DNA from: Eledone cirrhosa
Taxonomy: Eukaryota
Assembly (NCBI GenBank): GCA_964016885.1
Contig: OZ024743.1
Coordinates: 117,986,001-118,050,000 of the forward strand
DNA length: 64,000 nt
Direction of reading: 5' to 3'
The notes beneath the pieces were generated by a model, which saw nothing but the letters and a program-made list of their open reading frames with translations, had not been told where the DNA came from and searched no databases. Positions 1 through 10,557 of the stretch are shown piece by piece (within the stretch, counting starts at the first letter, position 1; the number at the start of each line of letters is the position of its first letter). The translations under genes were made by a program, and so were the position numbers.

Positions 1-59
1 CAATCAAAAGGCCAGGAGGGAAAGAAAAGAAAAGGGAAGGAAATATATATACATATACC

Positions 60-1150
60 AGCTAGATGTTTCTACGAGTCCTGTTGCTGAGAACACGTGG
101 AAGAACAGTTCTCCGAGGTGTAGACAGACTTTCGAAATGAGATCAGATCTTCAACATCAAGAACAGTATAGAAAAAGCACCTGAGTACAATGTTCCCCTG
201 TGTATGGCCTTCTTTGATTACAACTCTCCAGGCTGTGAACTGTACTGATGAAGATGAGAGATAACTCTACTGTACTTAACCCACTGAAAAAACTGTGCAG
301 GGGTTAATGTGACAGACAATCTGACGAAGCGTTTTGCAATCTGGAAATGTTTGTGGCAGGGCAGACTATTGGCAGCAACGTACTACAAGGTCTACTTGGA
401 AGAGGCAATAAAACAATCAACAAGCGATCCAACTTGGATAGAAGTACCATTGGTGGCCAGAATTTCAACAATTTTCTCATTGCTCGTGATATTGTGCTTA
501 CAACATCGGCTGAGACACTCCAAAGACTGCTTGATTGCGTGGAATAGGTCTCTGGTGAGTATCAGCTTGTGATCATCACCAGGAAAACGAGAGACATGGC
601 AGCCATTAGGAAACTGATGCAGCTGGGCATTTAACTTCGAGAAGTCACGCTAGCTCAAGAGGAAAACTTCAAATACCTGGGAACCATCATTGTTCAAACA
701 GTAAATGATAGTGACGAGATCAGGGCACAGCTAGGGGCAAGGGGTGTGCATTACGGTCCCTCATCTCCCAATAACAAGCTGAAACTTCTTAAGGTATTAT
801 GTTTGGCCGGTGGGACTGTATGGCAGAGAAACCTGTACACTGAAAACCATCGACGTTAAGAAATTATTGTCGTTTGAGACAACATATCACAGGTGGACAC
901 TAGACAAGAACTAGATGGCCCACAGCATCAACAAGACGGTCATGGGGGCGATGGGAACAGAGAGACAGAGCGACGCGATAATACGGCAGCGAAGGCTACA
1001 ATACTTAGGTCATATCACCAGGCCGCAGAACATCTGCCCCCACATCCTGGAGAGACGCATCCTCATTGGTGACTATTGCAAGAAAGGCGAAAGAGAAGTA
1101 TTGGCAATAGTAAATGGATGTGAAGAACACTGGCGGAGTGCACCGTAGTG
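60..1150 (+). pseudogene. Degenerate RTE-like LINE reverse transcriptase/3' region relic
   Basis: Broken frames give EYNVPLCMAFFDY, EENFKYLGTII, an LYG.ETW-like segment and RRLQYLGHITR in the order typical of RTE ORFs; many stops and frameshifts. Confidence 0.7.
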
Positions 1151-1688
1151 GCGAGAGGGAGGAACCAGTGTATTGGTGTACTTGTCCATGATATCTTAAC
1201 CTCTGTAACTATTACTGCTACGATCTCGGCACCCTAAGCGTACCACTAATTTTCCATCGTTATATTTTTACCTTTGTGTTTACCTTTCTGTTCACCTTAT
1301 ATTCAAATTATATGCATGAGTAGATGCAGATATCTCCCACACTTTTTATATCCACTTAAATCCTCGATGGATCTTGTATGAGTATCTGTATGGTAACACA
1401 TGGTACACACCTGAACTGTAAGAGTCAGACAATGTACACTGATATCTACCTCTTTCCGTATGAATGCGTGTGTATTCATATGTGTCTAGATACTTAAGTG
1501 TACAAAAGATATACTTAAGTGTACAAAAGTGGCTTTTCATGTGATAATGTATATATACATATATATATGTATGTGTGTTTGTGTATGTGAGTGTGGGTTT
1601 GTGTGTGTGAGTGTGTGTTTGTGTGTTTGCATGGTGTGACCCAGCATGGCCTCAGTCGGATGGCTGGAATAGGTAAAAGAGTAAAAGA

Positions 1689-1807
<119 letters not shown>

Positions 1808-1829
1808 CATATATATATATATATATATA

Positions 1830-1960
1830 TAAGTGGTTACACAACAGTTAGGTCACCATACTGAGAGCAATTGTTTCTCCTTAGCGGATCCTCCTCTAAG
1901 GATCCGCTAAGATGAAACAATCGTTCTCGGTATGGTGAACTAACTGTTGTGTAACCACTT
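1830..1960. repeat. Fold-back palindrome (about 60-bp arms) at the end of a PLE fragment, abutting (TA)n
   Basis: aagtggttacacaacagttag..cttagcggatcc / ggatccgctaag..ctaactgttgtgtaaccactt are near-perfect reverse complements. Confidence 0.9.
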
Positions 1961-1974
1961 TAGTAATTTCAAAA

Positions 1975-2368
1975 ATTTCTTGGGAACACTCTTTTCTATT
2001 GCCCAGATAAGAAATGGTTCTTTTGAGAATCTTCCAAGTTAGGTTATAATTAATTTTCTTCTCTTTACAATTATTAACTGACCGCTAAAGAAGTGGTATT
2101 AGCTAATCTTGTGTTTCGAAAACGGTGGGTGTGAACATAAAATCTCGATTTAAACGGATAAGATGTGGATCCAATATAGGATTGATTACAGTCCTTAGTG
2201 GTAATTATACATTTATATATTATATTATTAATTAAGCAATTTCCATCTAAAGGACTTTTTACTCTACAATTATAACCGTTTGTACATAGGGTTTCAGATG
2301 GGCTTGCTATATTACCAATAGCAGTGCTAGTAAATACAAATACTAGCACACTTATTGGTGGATTTTTC

Positions 2369-2370
<2 letters not shown>
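1975..2370 (-). pseudogene. Penelope-like element GIY-YIG endonuclease fragment
   Basis: CRVKSPLDGNCLINNIIYKCIITT..QSYIGSTSYPFKSRFYVH, then WKILKRTISY..C: IIY..YIG..FK.R..H signature preceded by a Cys motif. Confidence 0.85.
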
Positions 2371-2400
<30 letters not shown>

Positions 2401-2952
2401 GTAATAATAATACATGTTAAGACTAAAATCCAAAGTGGGCTCGATAATGGTAAATATATATCAAATATATAAAAACCCTAGAGCAAATATTTATTTATAT
2501 ACTTTAATCTGTTATTTTAATATATATATATATATATATAAATAAATATATATCATCATCATCATCATCATCAACGTTTAACGTCCGTGTTCCACGCTTG
2601 CATGGGTTTGGACGGGGGTAGTCCCACTTGAGGCAAGAGTGATTGTCTTGCTCGCATAGGACTGTCTGGCAGGTTTTCTACAGTTGGATGCCCTTCCTAA
2701 CACCAACCACATTTACAGTGTGGGTCTGGGAGGTTTTTACCGTGTTGCCTACACGGCCACATTACAGCGTGGACTGTGTGTTTTTTTGTCGTGACACCTA
2801 CACGATCTCATTTGTTTCGGCCTCGATGGCGCGGCACCAACATAACTTTACATAGAACGGGGTGGTGTGGATCGGGTGGGGGTGGGGGGGGGGGGGGGGG
2901 GGGGGTATTTTGTTAGAGATGCCTACTGGCTGGAGTAGGTTTTACTATATAT

Positions 2953-5900
2953 TTAGGTAAGGCGGGTCTTCTCTGTTACTGAGTACCGCCAAAGGTCTCG
3001 GTCCAGTGACATTGTCTTGGAGAGGTGTAAGTGTGTGATGTCGGAGTTTATCAGCTCGTCCCAGGTTTTTCTAGGTCTGCCTATTCCGTGACTACCGTCT
3101 ATCTTTATTGCCCTGCACTTTGTTATACAGCTATCGACTTTCATGCGCATCACGTGTCCATACCAACGTAGCCTTCTCTCGAGTAAACAACATCTGATCC
3201 CTCTTATCTCTAATTTATTCCTTAGTTCGTTTATGCTTTGCCGTTCACGTATATTACTGTTACACATCCAGCGGAGCATGCAAGCTTCGTTCCTCTCTAG
3301 TCTGCGTATATCCTCTGCACACAATGCCCAGGTCTCACTGCCATGCAGCATTGCTGTTCGTATGCAGGCATCGTACAACCTGCCTTTCATTTTTAGTGAG
3401 AACCCTTTAGCAGCTAATAGTGGTATAAGCTCTCTGAACTTTTTCCAACCAGTTCTGACTCTAGCTACAGTACTTTCAGAGCACCCTCCCCCACTGCTGA
3501 TTTTATCGCCCAGGTAACGGAAGCTGTCCACTATTTCTATAGAACCCTCTGCGCAATTGAAAGAGCTAGTAGTTTGTGGGCACTTGCTGCTACTTATTGC
3601 ACCAGAGCACCGGCCACATGTAAAATCTATGTTCTTAGTTAGCTTACCTGTGATCCCACTACATCTTTTATGCACCCATACTTTGCATTTAGGACATAAA
3701 ATGGAGTTTCTACCTACGCCTTTCCTACACACCGAGCACGACCATTTCCCAGAAGGGACCGCCGCCTTGTTTTCTTTCCTACAAACTAGTACTTTGGTCT
3801 TAGCCAGGTTAATTTTAAGTCCTTTTGACTCTAGGCCGTGCTTCCATGTTTGGAATTTCTTCTCTAGCTCGGCCATTGATTCCGCTATGAGTGTCAGGTC
3901 GTCTGCGTATAGGAGTTCCCATGGGCAGCCTGTCTTGAACTCCTCTGTTATAGCCTGAAGGGCAATAATAAATAGTAGTGGACTGAGAACAGAGCCCTGA
4001 TGGACGCCGACTTTTACGCTAAACTCTTCACTATATTCGTTGTTAATTCTAACCTTGCTGACTGTTTCTTTATACATGGCTTGTATAGCCCTCACAAGCC
4101 ATTCGTCAACGCCTAGTTTTCTAAGAGCCCACCAGATAATGGAGCGGGGGACTCTGTCGAAGGCTTTCTCCAAGTCGACAAAAGCTAAGTAGAGGGGTTT
4201 ACCTTTAGCTAGGTACTTCTCCTGTAGTTGTCGTACTATGAAAAGAGCGTCTGTGGTACTTTTGCCTGACACAAACCCGAACTGCATTTCATCTAGGTCA
4301 ATTCTCTCTCTGATTAGTTGCGCTATTACTCTTTCCGTGACCTTCATGACCTGGTCGATTAATTTAATGCCTCTATAGTTACTCCTATCTAGGGCGTCTC
4401 CTTTACCCTTATAACAGTTAACGATGATGCTGCTATGCCAGTCCTTCGGAACAACCCCGTTCTGTACGACTTGGTTAACTATGCGGGTGACCATGGTGTG
4501 TCCCACCGTGCCAGATGCCTTCAGCATCTCAGCAACTATTTCCGAAGGCCCAGCCGCCTTACCAGTCTTCATATCCTTGATTGCCTTACTTATTATACTC
4601 CCCTCGACTAACACTGCTGGTCCCTCTATTGGGTCGATATGGGGGAGACTGCCTTTCTCCCAATTATTCTCCTCATTTAGAAGCCTTTCATAGTGACACT
4701 TCCAAGCTACCTTCTTATCAGCGTCGGTGATGGCAAGTGTGCCATCGTCGTTTAGTACACACTTCTCCCCGACAATATCACGGTTTTCCTTGACGCATTG
4801 CCTAGCAATCCTGAACACCTCACGTTTTTGGTCATCGCGTTGTAGAACATGCTTGAACTTTCTTTCCTCAGCTTCCCTTCTTGCTAAGTACACTTGTCTC
4901 CTAGCTTCCCTCCTGGCCACTTGATAGTCCTCTCTACTTCCCCCATCCCGCCATACTTTCCAAGCCTGCTTTTTGGCCTTAATTGACCCCTCCACCTTAC
5001 TGTTCCACCACCATGTTACTCTCCTCCTGCCTACAGGCCTGCTCCAGCCACAGACCTCGTCTGTCGCCAACAGCAGGTTTGCTTTCAGAAATTCCCACTC
5101 TCCCTCTATATTGTCCGACTCTAAATGTTCTTCCTTACTGTCGAAAGCATCAAGTAATATGCTTTGAAATTTATTCCTGGCTGTGGGGTCCTTTAGCTTC
5201 CATATTTTCCTCCTGAGGATAGTCCTCTTCTGTTGTCGAGTACGTCTCGTCCTGACTATGAGGTCGCTAATTATCAGTCTATGTTGGGAGGTGCATTCTT
5301 CATGGGGGAGGGATTTAGTGTTAACAACAGACACTCTGTCACGTCTTCTGGTAAGGATATAATCTACCTGGCTTGTGTGTTCCCCGGATCTATAGGTGAT
5401 CAGGTGATTGTCACGTTTTTTGAAGTTAGTGTTACAGATAGTTAGGTTATTTGCATCACAGAATTCCAGGATTCTGGAGCCTTCCTCATTTCTAGTACCA
5501 AACCCATAGCCTCCATGGATTTCGTCGTAGCCGTCACAATGTTGTCCAACGTGACCATTTAGGTCGCCTGCGATAATTATATAGTCACTGTCGGATATTT
5601 GGGAGGTAGTTAGCATCAGTGTCTCATAGAATCTGTCTTTTATAGTGCCGGGCAGTCCGGATTGGGGTGCGTACGCAGATATTACTGTCACCGTAGTTCT
5701 ATTGAGGACAAGTCGTATTTTAATTATTCTGTCGTTCACTCTATTTACGTCTATTATCTTATCTGCCCACTTTTCTGCTACCATGATTCCTACTCCACCC
5801 AGCCCATCGTCGTTTCCCACCCAGAAAAGCTTATAACAACGTTTTTTACCCTCAATGAACCTAGCAGACCCACCCCTCCACCTGGTCTCTTGAATACAAC

Positions 5901-6123
5901 AAACATCGACCTCCTTACGTTCAAGCATTTCTACAACCTCGTTAGCGCGACCCTTTAGGGTGCCTACATTTATGGTACCAACTCTGAAGTTTTGGATTGC
6001 GTTTGGGGGTTGGGGGCAGTGAGGGGCGGGGGGCGATGGGGTTATGTTAGCCGTCCGCGGTCGAAACAATGAGGAGTGCTCGCATTCTCGTCCAAGGGGT
6101 GAATTTGTCTTTATCTTTGGCAT
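2953..6123 (-). CDS. RTE ORF: apurinic-type endonuclease + reverse transcriptase + PHD-like finger, about 1056 aa, uninterrupted
   Basis: VGTINVGTL, CIQETRW, AYAPQ, AGDLNGHVG, QVDYIL, SQHRL (APE); NYRGIKL, QFGF, FVDLEKAFDRV, GVHQGSVLSPLLF, LLYADD, FRYLG, RRLRWYGHV, GRPRKTW (RT and C-terminus). ATG 6123 (MPKIK) is the chosen start; in-frame ATGs also lie upstream. Confidence 0.95.
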   Translation of the reverse strand: MPKIKTNSPLGRECEHSSLFRPRTANITPSPPAPHCPQPPNAIQNFRVGTINVGTLKGRANEVVEMLERKEVDVCCIQETRWRGGSARFIEGKKRCYKLFWVGNDDGLGGVGIMVAEKWADKIIDVNRVNDRIIKIRLVLNRTTVTVISAYAPQSGLPGTIKDRFYETLMLTTSQISDSDYIIIAGDLNGHVGQHCDGYDEIHGGYGFGTRNEEGSRILEFCDANNLTICNTNFKKRDNHLITYRSGEHTSQVDYILTRRRDRVSVVNTKSLPHEECTSQHRLIISDLIVRTRRTRQQKRTILRRKIWKLKDPTARNKFQSILLDAFDSKEEHLESDNIEGEWEFLKANLLLATDEVCGWSRPVGRRRVTWWWNSKVEGSIKAKKQAWKVWRDGGSREDYQVARREARRQVYLARREAEERKFKHVLQRDDQKREVFRIARQCVKENRDIVGEKCVLNDDGTLAITDADKKVAWKCHYERLLNEENNWEKGSLPHIDPIEGPAVLVEGSIISKAIKDMKTGKAAGPSEIVAEMLKASGTVGHTMVTRIVNQVVQNGVVPKDWHSSIIVNCYKGKGDALDRSNYRGIKLIDQVMKVTERVIAQLIRERIDLDEMQFGFVSGKSTTDALFIVRQLQEKYLAKGKPLYLAFVDLEKAFDRVPRSIIWWALRKLGVDEWLVRAIQAMYKETVSKVRINNEYSEEFSVKVGVHQGSVLSPLLFIIALQAITEEFKTGCPWELLYADDLTLIAESMAELEKKFQTWKHGLESKGLKINLAKTKVLVCRKENKAAVPSGKWSCSVCRKGVGRNSILCPKCKVWVHKRCSGITGKLTKNIDFTCGRCSGAISSSKCPQTTSSFNCAEGSIEIVDSFRYLGDKISSGGGCSESTVARVRTGWKKFRELIPLLAAKGFSLKMKGRLYDACIRTAMLHGSETWALCAEDIRRLERNEACMLRWMCNSNIRERQSINELRNKLEIRGIRCCLLERRLRWYGHVMRMKVDSCITKCRAIKIDGSHGIGRPRKTWDELINSDITHLHLSKTMSLDRDLWRYSVTEKTRLT

Positions 6124-6352
6124 TGTCGCTGAGCGTCCAGATTTTTCTCTCTCACCTCCACTCTCCAGGATTCCGCAGTCCATCCATCCATCATATATCG
6201 TATATCGAAAGGCAACCAGGCAAGCGATAGTATAGGCCTCTGGTTTCTGATTGGTCCGCGTAATAATACTGGTGATGCGTGGGGGCTCTGTTTTATGATT
6301 GGTCCACGTAATAGCAATGGTGGTGTGTGGGGGTGGGAGGGAGGGGTGTTGG

Positions 6353-7642
6353 GTAGCTAGCAAGAAGGTAATGATTGAGAGGGGTCCATGCATGTAACAA
6401 GCGATTAACAAAAATACAAAATTTGTTCTGTTAAATACGTCCAAAAACCTAAACGTATTTAGCACTTAATAGAAACAGAAAATGTAGTTTGTTTTAGCGA
6501 TAGATTGGCTATTTGGACTTGCTACGAAATATGGATTGTTTTGAAAATACGCTAGGAGAGAGAGAGAGAGAGAGATGAAGTCTGTACATTACGTTTACAT
6601 GAGTTTCGTTTGGACAGCAAGCAATGAAATGAAATTTGGCGAAGTGAATTCCTATCATATATTTATAGGGAGAGAGAGAGAGAGGGTAGGGGGCCACATG
6701 ATGGCTGTGGGTGTTAGGCGTTTGACCGCCCCGTGCCTTCGAAGAAGGAAGAAGGAAAGGATTTTGCTTTTTTGTTTTGAAGATACGCTAGAATTAGGGA
6801 TTGGGGTTTGAAAATACGTTAGGAATTAAGGTTTGAAAATAGCTAGCAAGAAGGTAATGATTGAGAGGGGTCCATGCATGTAACAAGCGATTAACAAAAA
6901 TACAAAATTTGTTCTGTTAAATACGTCCAAAAACCTAAACGTATTTAGCACTTAATAGAAACAGAAAATGTAGTTTGTTTTAGCGATAGATTGGCTATTT
7001 GGACTTGCTACGAAATATGGATTGTTTTGAAAATACGCTAGGAGAGAGAGAGAGAGAGAGATGAAGTCTGTACATTACGTTTACATGAGTTTCGTTTGGA
7101 CAGCAAGCAATGAAATGAAATTTGGCGAAGTGAATTCCTATCATATATTTATAGGGAGAGAGAGAGAGAGGGTAGGGGGCCACATGATGGCTGTGGGTGT
7201 TAGGCGTTTGACCGCCCCGTGCCTTCGAAGAAGGAAGAAGGAAAGGATTTTGCTTTTTTGTTTTGAAGATACGCTAGAATTAGGGATTGGGGTTTGAAAA
7301 TACGTTAGGAATTAAGGTTTGAAAATAGCTAGCAAGAAGGTAATGATTGAGAGGGGTCCATGCATGTAACAAGCGATTAACAAAAATACAAAATTTGTTC
7401 TGTTAAATACGTCCAAAAACCTAAACGTATTTAGCACTTAATAGAAACAGAAAATGTAGTTTGTTTTAGCGATAGATTGGCTATTTGGACTTGCTACGAA
7501 ATATGGATTGTTTTGAAAATACGCTAGGAGAGAGAGAGAGAGAGAGATGAAGTCTGTACATTACGTTTACATGAGTTTCGTTTGGACAGCAAGCAATGAA
7601 ATGAAATTTGGCGAAGTGAATTCCTATCATATATTTATAGGG

Positions 7643-7647
<5 letters not shown>
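6353..7647. repeat. Tandem repeat, 486-bp unit, about 2.7 identical copies
   Basis: tagctagcaagaaggtaatgattgag recurs at about 6353, 6840 and 7326; identical ORFs at 6509/6995 and 6575/7061 are offset by 486. Confidence 0.97.
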
Positions 7648-7699
<52 letters not shown>

Positions 7700-8678
7700 A
7701 AAACAATGAAATAAAAATTCAAGTCATTAGGAAAATACTTCACTGCTTTACGATCGTTTATAGGTGATAATAATACATCGTACGCATATTTCGTATTCGA
7801 TCTATGCAAGGTTAGTTACAAAATATCAGATAAGGAGAATATTTACCTACTTGTATATCATAAGCTGTTGTCAAATGCAATGAGAATTTTATTCAATATC
7901 AGTAGTAAATTGGGTTTAGTGACCTTATTTGGAGGCTGCCGAAGAATAAACCAATGAAATGGTATTTTGTCAAATGATGCTAAGACAAAATAAATCCCAC
8001 TGTAGCTAAGGTCACGACCTTTTTAAATGAATGGTTGAAAGGTGTTAAAAATAGAATTACTTATAGAGAAAGGGGATTGTATTAATAGTGGATTGCAGTT
8101 GGTGTAGTGAAATTTTAAAAAAATGTTGTATGTTGAGTTGTATTGAATGGAATTTTTTAAAATAACAGATTAAAGTTTAAGCAAAGAATCGCTGCTTAAA
8201 CTTTAGATTTGGAGACCTCTTTGGATTTTAGTCTTCAAATTAATACCTGTAAGGTATAGTAAATTTTAACCGCTATAACAATTGTAAATTGTTTAAAACT
8301 TTAATCAAAATTGCAGACAAAAACACCCTCCTCCTCGTGAGAGGGATCTTTCTACTCGTTATTTGGCCCTTCGGTGTTAAATAAACCGCATATTGGGGTG
8401 TTGTGCCCAATATTTATTTTAAACCAAAAAAAACATGGCTACAAAAAAGAATTTTCACAAGTCACTCCCACTCATTTCGTCTTCTTCTTCCTCAATCGTC
8501 ACTACACCAGAGAGAAGATTGTCTCTCTCCCTCCCTTCTCTTTCGCACGCGACGCCAGTAAAGAAATAAAAATAGTTTCCAAAATCACGTGCAAAACGTG
8601 GAATATTTCTCCACGACGACGACAACGACGAAAAAGGTGTGCGGTAAATACGAAAACCCATTTCATTCGTCTGACGTC

Positions 8679-10365
8679 ATGAATAATAGCAGTAGCAGCC
8701 GTAATAACAGCAGCAGCAGCAACAGTGACAAGGAAAAAAACAGTAGCAGCCGCAACAGCATCAGCAGCAGCAACAACAACAACAACCACAGCAACAGCGG
8801 CGGCGGTAGTCGTAGTACCAGCAGCAACAACAAAGGTAACAGCAGCTCTGACGACGACAACAACAACAACAACAAAGAAAAACCAATCTCGTTTGCAGGT
8901 ATCGCAAAGAACCTGGAAACCATCCTTATAACAAATGAGGAATTACAGGAAGCAAAGAAGATGGTGACGAAATCCGGACACCGAGCAATCTGCAAGGCAA
9001 CCGAAAATGTTTCGAAACCCAACAGCACTGTACGGTCACGTACCATACAGTAAGCACAAAATCCCGTAGGGTTGAAAGGGCCACAGAGGCTCAAATACAA
9101 AAAGCCTTAGGGTCTGTGTGGCAGCGGAAAGCGCAAATCACCCGAGGCAAGAAATATGCCACAGTGGACGTGCTTTTTGCCACACATCAGGAGGCAAAGG
9201 CTCAATCCTTAGTGAACCTAAGGAGCGAGGAAATGGTTTTGGTGCACTCCTACTGCGGGCAAAAAATGGTGAGGGTCAAACTGACCCACGTCCACCCCCC
9301 ACCCCCCGTCCCTGTCCCCGGGATGGCCCATTCTTGGCTGGCCGCGTCTGTCCTCGTCGGAATTGAGGACAAAACAACTGTGCTGCAAGTACAGAAAAAA
9401 GTACGAGAGATTGGGTCGGCACCTCCTTTGAGATGTTAATCCAAACCAACCAGGAGTGCATCGAAGCTATCCCGGATGTGATAGACTTCGATAACGGCAC
9501 TCAACTGCCCATAAGTGTTGAGGACAAACGCCCGAAATGCTTTTGCTGTGGTTCGAAGACTCACCTCAGGGCCTTCTGCAATGAGAACACCCTGAGAAAG
9601 GAGAAAACCCCCCTCCTTCGAAACCCGCTCCACTGCTACCAGCAACAGGACAGGCGGCAACCAGGAAGGATAGGTCCGTGGCTCCCATACCCACGCCACG
9701 GAAATCAAGAACAGCAGTAGCAGTGGAAGTAGTAACAACAACAACAGCAATACCAACTGCAGCTGCAACAGAGACTCCACTGCAAACATCACCAACAACA
9801 ACAAGTGAAAGAGTGGAGCTGGTACCCCTCCACGACCTCACAGAATCGGACATGGAGTGTGAGGTGGGAGAGGGATGGCAAAAGGTTGCAAGAAGGCACA
9901 AACGCAGAAGCAGCGCATCGTCGCCTTCGAAAAGCGACGAAAGAAACGAAAAAAGGGTAAAGGCTACTGCAAAAAGACTTACAGCAGCAACACCACCAAC
10001 ACCGTCACCACCCACACTAGCACCACCCTCACCAACGGCGGCAACCCCACTGCCAACAACAACAACACCTTCAACACCACCACCACAAGCACCAACATCG
10101 CAAACACATTAAAACATACACACCCAGCAACAACGACAAGAAAATAGCAGGATCACACCCCACCCCCAGAAAAACAAATGCACAGCAATAAATACACACA
10201 ACAAGAAATTAATGACTTACATAATTGAACACACAGATATTTCACAGCACGACTACATGATACCAGCACCAATAAAAACACCAACGAACAAAAGATTGGT
10301 AAAAATAGCACAGAAACAATACACAAACATTAAAACGAAATTCCCCAACGCAGTTGGTGATTTCT
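8679..10365 (+). pseudogene. Tx1-like ORF1 (N/S-rich N-terminus, RRM-like region, CCHC knuckle, T/P-rich tail), frameshifted
   Basis: KPISFAGIAK, YATVDVLF, RPKCFCCGSKTHLRAFC (CX2CX4HX4C at 9538-9579), WQKVARR; split over several frames. Confidence 0.8.
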
Positions 10366-10557
10366 GAGACCTAGGAGGGACACTCAACCGGAGGGTATAT
10401 TCGGATATACTCACAGAAGAGCCGACGACCAGCCGAAGGGGCGATTCAACGGTCCCTTCACCAGACGATCAAGTGAAAAGGGATGGTGAAACCATCCTTC
10501 CTCAGCGAGAAGATGTAAGGTAAGTGGTCTTTCCCATCTTTTCCACTCCATTTCAAC

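Larger units (their letters stand above)
2552..7647 (-). mobile_element. Apparently full-length RTE-clade LINE with (TGA)n tail and tandem 5' repeats, flanked by TA-rich tracts
   Basis: Single APE+RT ORF, 3' UTR ending in (TGA)n at about 2552-2572, TA tracts at 2521-2551 and 7648-7696. The 5' boundary is uncertain (about 6200 if the 486-bp repeats are not part of it). Confidence 0.85.

Noticed and set aside
6124-6465. N-terminal extension of the 1170-aa ORF
   Set aside because: It starts at a non-ATG codon inside the 486-bp repeat and has no domain features; probably 5' UTR read-through.
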